Positions 29,658-38,745 of a stretch of 63,817 nt of DNA are shown here, piece by piece. Position 1 is the first letter of the stretch. Every line of letters starts with the position of its first letter. Source of the DNA: Pseudomonadota bacterium (GTDB taxonomy: Bacteria; Pseudomonadota; Alphaproteobacteria; Rhizobiales; Hyphomicrobiaceae); the NCBI GenBank assembly GCA_023412745.1, contig JAEZBZ010000276.1, positions 1 to 63,817 on the forward strand, read 5' to 3'. The notes beneath the pieces were generated by a model. It made no database searches. It was not told where the DNA came from and saw only the letters and a list, made by a program, of their open reading frames with translations. The translations under genes were made by a program, and so were the position numbers.

Positions 29658-30536
29658 ATGCGCTCACTTCTGTTCGTTCCCGCCGATAGCGAGCGCAAGC
29701 TGGCCAAGGGCACGACATCCGGTGCCGACGCGCTGTTGGTCGATCTTGAGGATTCCGTCGCTGCCGACCGCAAGCCCGCCGCACGCGAGATGGCGCGCGA
29801 TTTCGTGGCATCGGTCAAATCACAGCAACAGCGTCCGCGCCTTTACGTGCGCATCAACAATCTGCTCAGCGATTTCTGGCGCGACGATCTGGATGTCGTG
29901 ATGCAGGCCAGGCCTGACGGCATCATGCTGCCGAAGCCGCGTTCGGGCGAGGATGTGCATCGCATGTCGCTATTGCTCGGTCAGCACGAAGAACGTCATG
30001 GCATTTCCCAGGGCGCGACGCGGATCATCGCGATTTCGACCGAGACGCCGCTGGCCGTGCTCAACATGGCGTCGTTCATCGATGCCAGCGCACGGCTCGA
30101 AGGGCTGACCTGGGGCGCGGAAGATCTGTCCGCCGAGCTTGGTTCTGCTGCGGTGCGCGAAGCGAACGGGGCTTTCACATCACCCTATCGCCTGGCACGC
30201 GATTTGTGTCTGTTCACGGCGGTGGCGGCCAATGCGCAGCCGATAGACACCGTGTTCATCGATTTCCGCGATAGCGACGGCCTGCGGCGCGAAGCTGAGA
30301 CCGCCGCGCGCGATGGCTTTACCGGCAAGATGGCTATTCATCCCGATCAGGTTGCGATCATCAACGACGCATTCACGCCGAGTGCCGCCGAGATCGAGCG
30401 CGCGCGAGGCATCGTCGCGATGTTTGCGGCATCACCTGAGGCGGGTGTGATTTCGCTGAACGGCCAGATGTATGACCGTCCGCATCTGACCCGGGCTGAA
30501 CGCGTGCTGGCGCGGTTGGGGCTTGGTAGCACATAG
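29658..30536 (+). CDS. CitE/HpcH-family acyl-CoA lyase
   Basis: RSLLFVP, DLEDSV, WGAEDL, GKMAIHPDQ. Confidence 0.92.
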   Translation: MRSLLFVPADSERKLAKGTTSGADALLVDLEDSVAADRKPAAREMARDFVASVKSQQQRPRLYVRINNLLSDFWRDDLDVVMQARPDGIMLPKPRSGEDVHRMSLLLGQHEERHGISQGATRIIAISTETPLAVLNMASFIDASARLEGLTWGAEDLSAELGSAAVREANGAFTSPYRLARDLCLFTAVAANAQPIDTVFIDFRDSDGLRREAETAARDGFTGKMAIHPDQVAIINDAFTPSAAEIERARGIVAMFAASPEAGVISLNGQMYDRPHLTRAERVLARLGLGST

Positions 30537-30611
30537 AACGAAGATGCCGGACCCGGCCGCCCTAGCTTCGGCGCGGGACAATCGGCGCGGGCAGCGGGGG
30601 CAGGCGGTTTC

Positions 30612-31346
30612 ATGGGGCTGGAGCAGATCGTCATCGTCCTTCTCGGGGCGCTGGCTGGTGGTTTCGTCAATGGGTTGACGGGGTTCGGCACGGCGCTGAC
30701 GGCGATGGGCATCTGGCTCTACGCCATACCGCCGACCGTGGCCTCGTCGCTGGTGATTGCCTGTTCGGTGATCTCGCACATCCAGATGTTCCCGCTGCTG
30801 CGCAAGGTATTCGACTGGCGCCTTGTGGCACCGTTCGTCGTGCCGGGATTGATCGGCGTGCCGATCGGCACATGGCTGTTGCCGATGATCGACCCGCGCC
30901 TGTTCAAGATCGTTGTCGGGTTCGTGGTCGCCGCTTATGCGACTTACGCGCTGTTGAAGAAGCCCGGGGCCGGTACCCCGTTCGGTGGGCGCATTACCGA
31001 TGGCGCGATTGGCTTCAGCGGTGGCGTGCTCGGCGGGCTTGCGGGATTGTCGGGTGCGCTGCTGGTGGTGTGGTGCGATGTGCGCGCCTGGGGCAAGGAA
31101 CATCGCCGCACGGTGCTTCAGACTTTCAACTTCGCGATCCTCGCCTTCGCGCTGGCCAGTCATGCCGTATCGGGTCTGCTGACCAGGGATGTCGGCATCG
31201 CGCTGCTGGCGGCGCTGCCGGGCACGCTGGTCGGTGCGTGGTTCGGCGCGCGGCTTTACCTCCGGCTCGGCGACCGCAACTATCAGCAGGTGATCATGGT
31301 GCTGCTGCTGGTGTCGGGCGTGATGCTGCTGTGGACGAACTGGTAA
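30612..31346 (+). CDS. Sulfite exporter TauE/SafE family protein
   Basis: GGFVNGLTGFG repeated as GGVLGGLAGLSG, about 8 TMs. Confidence 0.88.
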   Translation: MGLEQIVIVLLGALAGGFVNGLTGFGTALTAMGIWLYAIPPTVASSLVIACSVISHIQMFPLLRKVFDWRLVAPFVVPGLIGVPIGTWLLPMIDPRLFKIVVGFVVAAYATYALLKKPGAGTPFGGRITDGAIGFSGGVLGGLAGLSGALLVVWCDVRAWGKEHRRTVLQTFNFAILAFALASHAVSGLLTRDVGIALLAALPGTLVGAWFGARLYLRLGDRNYQQVIMVLLLVSGVMLLWTNW

Positions 31347-31516
31347 GCGGACGACTGATTTTGCCGGACGGTCAGTCGGATCCCATCGCGCCAATCAAAG
31401 ACCTGTTCACCTGAGTAATCCGCGGTTTTTCCCTGGCGTTTCTGCGCCAGCACTTCCATGTACCGCGTTGGTTTCGGAAGAACCGCGATGGGCCACCGCA
31501 TGCCAGACAGGATCAG

Positions 31517-31615
31517 GCCGGTGATGAACGCGGCACGGCTTGCGCTGCAACTGGCCTCTGCATAGTAATCCGTGAACAGCGTACCCTGTGACGCTAGCTT
31601 ATCGAGATTGGGGGC
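31517..31615 (-). pseudogene. Arylsulfatase N-terminal remnant with the active-site signature
   Basis: Minus-strand translation APNLDKLASQGTLFTDYYAEASCSASRAAFITG (CxAxR formylglycine motif). Confidence 0.75.
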
Positions 31616-31823
31616 TTGCCGGACGTCACGCCGCGATGATAGGCGCCCGATGTCGAACCTGCCGATGTCGTCGCCCCATATGCATAGGATGTTGGACTTC
31701 CACGAGCGTCGATGCCGCCACCAGCGAGGTACCGCTTAACAGGCACCGGATTGACGACAGTCGGACAGGCCGGCGCCGATGTCGGCATCCCGGTGCAGGC
31801 GTGCACGATGGCGCGGCGCACCG

Positions 31824-32144
31824 CGGCTGGATAACTTCAAGTTTCAGTTTTTCCAGCAGACGCCGGGTTTGCCGGGCGCCAAAGTCACAACTGACATGCC
31901 GGGCATCATCAACATCCGCCAGGATCCGTTCGAGGACGCCGTCCATCAATTCGGAAAACCTGAATAATATGGGCGGCGGCTATATGAACGATTTCCAAGC
32001 GCAGGAATTCTAGCGTTTCGTGCTGGTCCGGGAAAAAGTTGCCGATCTCGCGGGAACACGGTCGATGCAGGATCCGGCGTCGTTCAATCTCGAAGCGGTG
32101 AAGCGGCAGTTCGACGAGACGATCAACAACAAGCCGGGCAGTAG
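31824..32144 (+). pseudogene. Arylsulfatase C-terminal remnant
   Basis: RLDNFKFQF..INIRQDPFE / RTPS..GGGYMNDF..EF*RFV..MQDPASFNLEAVK, with a frameshift and a stop. Confidence 0.7.
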
Positions 32145-32175
32145 GTTCCTGCAGTCGCCTTTATATCCGCGCCTG

Positions 32176-32358
32176 TCACTCGTCGGATGACAGCGCGAGT
32201 TCGGCAGCCGCCTGCGTATCCAGTACGGCTTCCTCGGCAATGGCTTGCAGCAGCGTCTCGTACAGGTCGAGTTTCAGTCGCTGGACGAGGTCGGCATCGC
32301 CGGTCTCTGCAGCCTGCTGAATGCTCTTGAGATAGCGCTTGATTTCTGCTGGCGTCAT
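32176..32358 (-). CDS. Small helical hypothetical protein (60 aa)
   Basis: MTPAEIKRYLKSIQQAAE.. with plausible codon use; no family certain. Confidence 0.5.
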   Translation of the reverse strand: MTPAEIKRYLKSIQQAAETGDADLVQRLKLDLYETLLQAIAEEAVLDTQAAAELALSSDE

Positions 32359-32821
32359 GTGGCGTCCGTCGCTGAGGTTTTCGGGGCGCGGTGATAACGT
32401 CAGTTGTCGCAAACGTCCACGGCTTTTGTACTTACCTGCGAAATTACTCAGCTGCTGTGTATGTTGTGCCGTTCATCTCAAAAAACCGCACCGATCCAGA
32501 GTACCCACTTCAGCGCGACGCTGGCCGTTGAGCCTTCTTGGGCATAGGCGGTGGCAAGTCCGATCGTGCTGCCGACTGCAACAACGATCGCGGGGCTATG
32601 GCCACGCGCGATGATGTGCATGCCCCCCGAAGCTGCGACGGCACGTAACAAGCCGTCGACTCTCCCCCGGAATCCTCTGGGATCCTCTAGCTCTAATGAG
32701 CTAAGTGATTCGGCCACCACGCGCGAACGACTGGCGTCGCGAGGTATCGATATGTTAGCGAACCTCGACGGCGCAGAGCGCTGTTCCGTTGGCGCGCCAC
32801 TAGGTGTTGGAGTTTGTCACT

Positions 32822-33448
32822 ATGACTTTCGAGACTTGGCTTGCGTTCGTTGCGACCTCGACTGTCCTGCTCGTCATCCCGGGCCCGACGATCCTGCTCG
32901 TCGTGTCCTACGCACTTGGACAGGGCATGCGCATCGCATTGCCAATGGCCATCGGCGTGGCTCTCGGCGATTTCACCGCGATGACATTATCGATGATCGG
33001 CGTCGGCGCGCTGCTGGCAACGTCAGCGACTTTATTTGGGATTCTAAAATGGGTCGGTGCCGCATATCTGGTCTGGCTCGGCATCAAGTTGTGGCGGGCC
33101 GGCGGAGCCCTCGACGCACAGCCGCGCAGCGATCAGTCATCGAAAGTCAAAATGCTCAGCCATGCTTGGATCGTGACGGCCCTCAATCCGAAAGGCATTG
33201 TGTTCTTTGTCGCGTTTCTGCCGCAATTTATCAGCCCGCATGTCGACTTTCTCTCGCAAATGTTGATTTTCGAGGCGACGTTCATCGTGCTCGCCTTCGT
33301 CAATGTGCTCGGATACGCGCTTATCGCGGCACGCGCCCGCGCGCTGGTGCGTAATCCGCGCGTTATCAGCACGTTCAATAAGGCGGGCGGCACATTGCTG
33401 ATCGGGGCCGGCATTGCCACTGCTACTTCCCGAGCCGTCCAGAGCTGA
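32822..33448 (+). CDS. LysE/RhtB family exporter
   Basis: IPGPT, GAAYLVWLG, ALNPKG..FF..FLPQF. Confidence 0.92.
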   Translation: MTFETWLAFVATSTVLLVIPGPTILLVVSYALGQGMRIALPMAIGVALGDFTAMTLSMIGVGALLATSATLFGILKWVGAAYLVWLGIKLWRAGGALDAQPRSDQSSKVKMLSHAWIVTALNPKGIVFFVAFLPQFISPHVDFLSQMLIFEATFIVLAFVNVLGYALIAARARALVRNPRVISTFNKAGGTLLIGAGIATATSRAVQS

Positions 33449-33499
33449 TTTCGCAGCGGCTCGCCACCGCGAGACCGTTCTTGTACAACCTTTTGTTCT

Positions 33500-33525
33500 G
33501 GAACGCGCAGCGATGCATCGGCGTT
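33500..33525 (+). promoter_or_regulatory. EcfG/sigmaT general-stress promoter
   Basis: GGAAC-N17-CGTT about 60 bp upstream of the 33584 ORF. Confidence 0.6.
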
Positions 33526-33583
33526 CACCTTTGGAAAGACAGGAGGAGATGTGCCGCCTGTCGCGACTTTCGGAGGGTGCACT

Positions 33584-34006
33584 ATGGAACGCGCGTTCGA
33601 TCAGTTTCTGGAATTCGTGAAGCAGGGCGTATCGGCGATCTTCGCGTTCATCGAGATCGTATGGACGTGGGCAGTCGGCCAGATCACCACGCTTACCAGT
33701 GTCCCATGGCAGAACTGGCCGCTGTGGAAGCAGGTTCTTTTGATCATCATCGCGGCCGCCGTCGCGTTCGCGCTGGTCAAGGCGGCGCTTGAACTGTGGG
33801 CTGCGGGCGCGCGCATCCTGACCGCGTTCGCCACATTGTTGATCGCGCTGGTCGGTACGCTACCCAGTATCGCGCTGGCGGGAGCAGTAGCGCTTGGCGG
33901 TGTATGGATTCTCAACAATGTCGACGGTTCGTCCGTCCGCATACCGACCCTGAGCTGGATGCAGATGTCCGACCAGGGACAGCCGCCGGCACAGGTTGCA
34001 AACTGA
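33584..34006 (+). CDS. Hypothetical membrane protein
   Basis: GGAGGG RBS, 2-3 hydrophobic segments. Confidence 0.7.
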   Translation: MERAFDQFLEFVKQGVSAIFAFIEIVWTWAVGQITTLTSVPWQNWPLWKQVLLIIIAAAVAFALVKAALELWAAGARILTAFATLLIALVGTLPSIALAGAVALGGVWILNNVDGSSVRIPTLSWMQMSDQGQPPAQVAN

Positions 34007-34326
34007 CGGGGTGATGCGTCGGATTTAGCGATCGGGCTTCGGGGAGACGTGCCCGATCCAAGGCGGAAACTGCCAGTCATGCACGTGCCTTGCGTGCAGG
34101 CTCCCTGGACTGGCCGTTTCCGCCCTTTCCATGCCTTAATCCATGTGACGCGCGATGGCCGCCTGCAGCATGGTGCCGCTGTCGTTTTTCCGCACTTTCA
34201 CATGGCTATCGGTGATGCTATTTCGCTGTGCCGTCAGCGTCTGGCAGCGCGATTGCACACTGCGCGGTCGGCCGAGGACGGCAGAAATCAACCTTTTCCC
34301 ATTCCACTCGGCATCTCCGCACCCGC

Positions 34327-34896
34327 ATGACCAGCCCTGCAGAACGTAACCATTTGCGCATCCTGGCGTCTTTGATCTTCGGCTCGCGCTGGCTGCAAGT
34401 TCCGCTTTATCTCGGTTTGATCGCCGCGCAGTGCGTCTATGTCGTGTTGTTTCTGAAAGAGCTGTGGCACCTGATGTCGCACGCGACCACATTCAGCGAG
34501 CAGCAGATCATGCTGCTGGTTCTTGCGCTGATAGACGTGGTCATGATCTCCAACCTGCTCGTCATGGTGATTGTCGGCGGCTACGAGACGTTCGTGTCGC
34601 GTCTGAAGCTGCAAGGCCATCCGGATCAGCCGGAATGGCTCGATCACGTCAATGCCAGCGTGCTTAAGATCAAGCTGGCTATGGCAATCATCGGCATTTC
34701 ATCGATCCATCTGCTCAAGACGTTTATTGAAGCCGGCAATCTGGGCAGCGAAGGCGCCAAGCTCACCGAGGCCGGCGTCATGTGGCAAACCATCATCCAC
34801 GTCACGTTCATTCTGTCGGCGATGGGCATCGCGTATGTCGACAAGATGGGGCAGACGGTCGAACTCGCCCGTCGCGAGCGCGGCAACGGCCACTAG
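34327..34896 (+). CDS. YqhA/UPF0114 family membrane protein
   Basis: SRWLQVPLYLGL, LIDVVMISNL, GGYETFVS, ISSIHLL. Confidence 0.9.
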   Translation: MTSPAERNHLRILASLIFGSRWLQVPLYLGLIAAQCVYVVLFLKELWHLMSHATTFSEQQIMLLVLALIDVVMISNLLVMVIVGGYETFVSRLKLQGHPDQPEWLDHVNASVLKIKLAMAIIGISSIHLLKTFIEAGNLGSEGAKLTEAGVMWQTIIHVTFILSAMGIAYVDKMGQTVELARRERGNGH

Positions 34897-34923
34897 CTCG
34901 CGGACGGCATTGCCCGTCCGGTT

Positions 34924-36468
34924 TTAACTCGCCGTATTGAACCCGATATTGTCGCCGATGACCGTGCGCGGACCAATGGGAACGAGCGCTGGATTGGCCA
35001 GGTCGAGCTTGGAAAACGTAATCTTGTCGTTCCAGACCTTGCGCAGAAAGTCCTCGACGACGTTGATGGTGAGCTGCTCGCCCGGACACCGGCGATAGCC
35101 AAATCCGAACGGCGCAAATCCGGCGTAGTCGCACACCGGCATCGGCCGTCCCTCGGCCACGCCATAGACCGTGCCGAATGCGCTGTTGTTCAGGCTGGCG
35201 TTGCGACCATCCTTGACCGGCCAAGATATTGGATCGAATGGACAGCGCGCGAAGCCGATCTGTTCCGCGCGTGTTTCGGTGATCTCATGTGAGGTCGGCA
35301 CGAAGGCGTAGCGGCCAGGATCGAACTTCTGAGGATCCTTCCAGTGACGCGGATCCATGCTGGTCCCGTCGTGGGGCGTGATGACATAGCCGTGGCGGTT
35401 GAAGGGCGGCGGGCGGATCTCAGACATCGCGGATATGCTGCCGCCGTTCGGCGAGATGGTGCGGAACAATTCCATCACGAAGCAGTCCAGCGGGGTGAAT
35501 GCCGCGCCGGCCGGGTCGTTGAAGTTGCCTTGCATGGTTTTGTGGAAACTCGCCTGGACGTCGGCGTCGCCGGCATTCTCGCTCAGCAGCAGCATGATGT
35601 TGTAGAGCGTGTTACCCCATTGGCTGAAGGCCACGAAGTTGTGGAAGCACTCGAACACGACATCGCGCTGGCGGAAGTCCGGGCCGTCCTCGCCGTTCTT
35701 CATCCAGTAGTGTCCGAAGGTCGTCTCCGGATTGGGGACTCGCCCGCTCCGGATGTCGGCCAAGCGATCGCTGATCCAGGTCTTCAAGACCGGCAGGTTT
35801 GCTCGAACGCGCATGTAGTTGTCGTAGACGATTCTCTGGGTCGGCTCGCGATAGGCGAGCACGGTATTGAAGCTGTCACCGATGCTGCGGACTTCCGGCG
35901 GGATGGCATCCCCCGTCACGCCCAGATGCAGGTCCCAGTACAGATCCCAATAGCTGGCCAGATAGCGCGCCATCAGCGGCTGTCCGGCGTTCGACTTGTC
36001 GAGCAGCTTGTCGAAAAACGCGACGACTTTGTTGCCGTACATCGGACGATACAGATCCGGCGTGACGGCCGACATGTAAATGCGCTTGCGCCGGTTGTCC
36101 TGGCCGCGTTTTTCCAGGCCTTGCAAAAACACCGTGACGCCTTGATCGGGATCGGGCTTCCATTTTTCGCTGAGCATGCCCCACAGATCGTAAGGCAGCG
36201 CATTTTGCTTGGTCAGCTCCGTACCGATCATGGGTAGGGCCAGACGCTCGCCGCCGTAAACGCTGATGAGGAAATAGGGCAGGATGGCATTGTCGACATA
36301 GGCCGCGTCGAAGTTTTCGAGAAACTGCCGGCGCATGCGGCTGACGGTAGTTGCGATATCATCCAGGTCGCGCATATTGGCGGCGGGTTGGTAGTGTGCG
36401 AGCGCGGGCGCGGCGGACAGTCCGCCGACGGCAGCGGCGCCCGCCTTTAGGAAGCTGCGGCGTTTCAT
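34924..36468 (-). CDS. Atypical cytochrome P450 with twin-arginine signal peptide
   Basis: MKRRSFLK..APALA signal, ELFR (ExxR), FDPGRY meander, PFGFGYRRCPG heme-thiolate motif. Confidence 0.82.
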   Translation of the reverse strand: MKRRSFLKAGAAAVGGLSAAPALAHYQPAANMRDLDDIATTVSRMRRQFLENFDAAYVDNAILPYFLISVYGGERLALPMIGTELTKQNALPYDLWGMLSEKWKPDPDQGVTVFLQGLEKRGQDNRRKRIYMSAVTPDLYRPMYGNKVVAFFDKLLDKSNAGQPLMARYLASYWDLYWDLHLGVTGDAIPPEVRSIGDSFNTVLAYREPTQRIVYDNYMRVRANLPVLKTWISDRLADIRSGRVPNPETTFGHYWMKNGEDGPDFRQRDVVFECFHNFVAFSQWGNTLYNIMLLLSENAGDADVQASFHKTMQGNFNDPAGAAFTPLDCFVMELFRTISPNGGSISAMSEIRPPPFNRHGYVITPHDGTSMDPRHWKDPQKFDPGRYAFVPTSHEITETRAEQIGFARCPFDPISWPVKDGRNASLNNSAFGTVYGVAEGRPMPVCDYAGFAPFGFGYRRCPGEQLTINVVEDFLRKVWNDKITFSKLDLANPALVPIGPRTVIGDNIGFNTAS

Positions 36469-36759
36469 GGCGTTTGGTCTCTCGGTTGGTCCACGCGCGG
36501 CTGGAGGCCGCGCTGATGACCAAACCAGGAGGCCGTCTTCGCGTTCGTGCGCGCAGGCTAACAAATTCGAGTGATTCGAATTCGCTAGGGTGTAGGCCGG
36601 CCAAGCGTTTCAGCGGTCGGCCGATGCCATGGGGCTGACATTAGTCTACGCGCTTCGGCGCCACTGGTTTCGCGCACGATGATGAAACGGCCCTCATTCA
36701 AGGCATCACCCAGCGTCGTCGCGCCAGTGCCTCTCCGCCGATCGGTGCCGTCGATACCT

Positions 36760-37113
36760 TGAAAGTGCAGCGGAATGTAATGTTCGAGCGTGTCGTCCCG
36801 CCCCATGCTGGCGCGAAGGCTGTTTGCAATGAGACCGCTGAAGCGGTCCGTGCGCTGCTTGGCTATCGCCGTTTTCAGCCGATCGAGATCACCGATCCTC
36901 GAACGGGCCGTCAAGTGTGCTGTTGCAGGCGATCTCGCCCTCCGGCGCCAGATTATGGCCAGTGCCGACATCGACGTCGATGCTGCCGTTGTGCTGATCG
37001 TCGAAGTGGTCGAGCTGGGCAATACGGATCTCGGCGGCCATGACCGGCATGCACGCCGCGAGGACGAACTGCAGGAACGTGCCCACCGCACATAATCCAA
37101 GCCAGCGCGCCAT
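36760..37113 (-). pseudogene. Frameshifted fragment of an exported protein
   Basis: Signal peptide then CNSTLDGPFE, continuing as IGDLDRLKTAI in the adjacent frame near 36895; downstream end approximate. Confidence 0.4.
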
Positions 37114-37228
37114 GATGTCCGCCCTCTCGATTGCTGGGGACTATGCCGAGGCGCAGGCAGGCGGGCAATGCCGTCCTGCAGCTATGAATGGATCGAGCAA
37201 CGATTGGGACAGGGGATGTCTGTCGCGA

Positions 37229-38254
37229 TCAGGTCGTCTGCCCCTGGACGAGGGAGACCGGCATGACGATGTCTCGGCCCGAGAAGCTGCCGAGCGTGAG
37301 CCTGCGCACCAGTTCCTCGGCGGCCCGTGTACCCATCTCCGGCGAACGCGTGCTCACCGTTGTCGGCGCCCGGTCGCTATACTTGCAGAATTCGAACTGA
37401 TTGAAGCCGGTAACGCGCACCGTGTCTGGCACGTTCACGCCGCGCTGGGACAGATGCACCATCACGGCCATCGCCGCCTGGTCGTTGCAGCAGGCGACGG
37501 CATCGGGAAGATCGTGCGCCGTCACATATGCTTGAAGTGCTGCGCCGACATCCTCCACGTTCAAACTGCGGCTGCGCAAAATGGTAAGTTCAGCGCCGGC
37601 ATCGCGGCAAGCTCGCTCCAGGCCGGCGCGGCGTTCCTCGAAGGAGCACCAGTGTACGACGGGCAGCAGGAAGACGATGTGGCAACATCCGCGTTCGATC
37701 AAATGCTGACCGATCAGCTGACCGCCGCGTGCGTCATCGACCCGGATACCGCACGCATCAAGTTGCGTGGGGACGGCGGACTCGTGCAGTAGCACACACG
37801 GCAGGCCGAGATCGGCCAGTGCATCGAGAACCACACGCCGCTGCGGATCGTTGCCGGATTGAACGACACACAGACCGTCAGCATCGATCGCGCGCGATTT
37901 CAAAGACTCGAGCAGCGTTGCGTGATCGGTGCCCTGGAACGCGACGGATATGCCGTGTTCGCTGAGGAAGCTGGCCATTCCTGAAAAAACATAAGTGTGG
38001 CAAGGGGTTGCCAGGAATTCGGGGTTGTTGCCGTTAATCACTACGACGCGGATTGACAGCCGGTTGGAAGGGGCGCCGGGCGCATAGTTCAATGTTCGGA
38101 TGGCTTGCTCGACCCGTCGGCGGGTTTCCCTACCCATCTGGTCGAAGCGCTTGTTGATGACGTTCGACACCGTCATCATCGAAACGCCGCACTGGGCTGC
38201 GACTTCCCGCAGCGTGATGTCAGTGTGCTTTGAGCGCCCCCGCGACATCTTCAT
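37229..38254 (-). CDS. LacI-family transcriptional regulator
   Basis: TLREVA..GVS..TVSNVIN HTH, DDARGG, CCNDQAA, VTGFN, PTTV. Confidence 0.9.
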   Translation of the reverse strand: MKMSRGRSKHTDITLREVAAQCGVSMMTVSNVINKRFDQMGRETRRRVEQAIRTLNYAPGAPSNRLSIRVVVINGNNPEFLATPCHTYVFSGMASFLSEHGISVAFQGTDHATLLESLKSRAIDADGLCVVQSGNDPQRRVVLDALADLGLPCVLLHESAVPTQLDACGIRVDDARGGQLIGQHLIERGCCHIVFLLPVVHWCSFEERRAGLERACRDAGAELTILRSRSLNVEDVGAALQAYVTAHDLPDAVACCNDQAAMAVMVHLSQRGVNVPDTVRVTGFNQFEFCKYSDRAPTTVSTRSPEMGTRAAEELVRRLTLGSFSGRDIVMPVSLVQGQTT

Positions 38255-38745
38255 CCCATCAACGGCTACATCGAACCCCGCTAGCGCGCCAACATCGCGC
38301 CAAGCTGAAGTTTGCCTGACGACACTCTGTGAGTCACCCGGGATTATGACGATTTGGTGGTCGTGGGGCGTATGCGGTCAATATTTATTCAGATAGCGGC
38401 TCATCGCGCCGGGTCGCTTTGAATGCGCGAGGAGCGCCGCCTCTGACAGCCGGCTTCGCGGTTGGCAACGGCACACGCCCGGTCATCGCTGTCACGATTG
38501 AGTAGGTGAGATGCACGCGGATACGGGAGCGGATCTGTCGACTCCTTGGTTCCTACCTCGTTCGGCGAATGCTTTGGCGCATCCGCATTACGGCGTCGCC
38601 GCGATTAACCTTAATGATCCGTTTTCTTGGAACGCCCGCATCCATTCTCACGGCGCACTGTTGTGTCCGTGCCGAAGGCGCGCCCTGCGAGCGCGATCGG
38701 ATTGAGAATCGTCGTGCGGCCCCGGAAAGCGAGCGGAGGAGAGCA

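Noticed and set aside
32478..32720. 80-aa minus-strand ORF and overlapping plus-strand ORFs
   Set aside because: No motif or RBS support.
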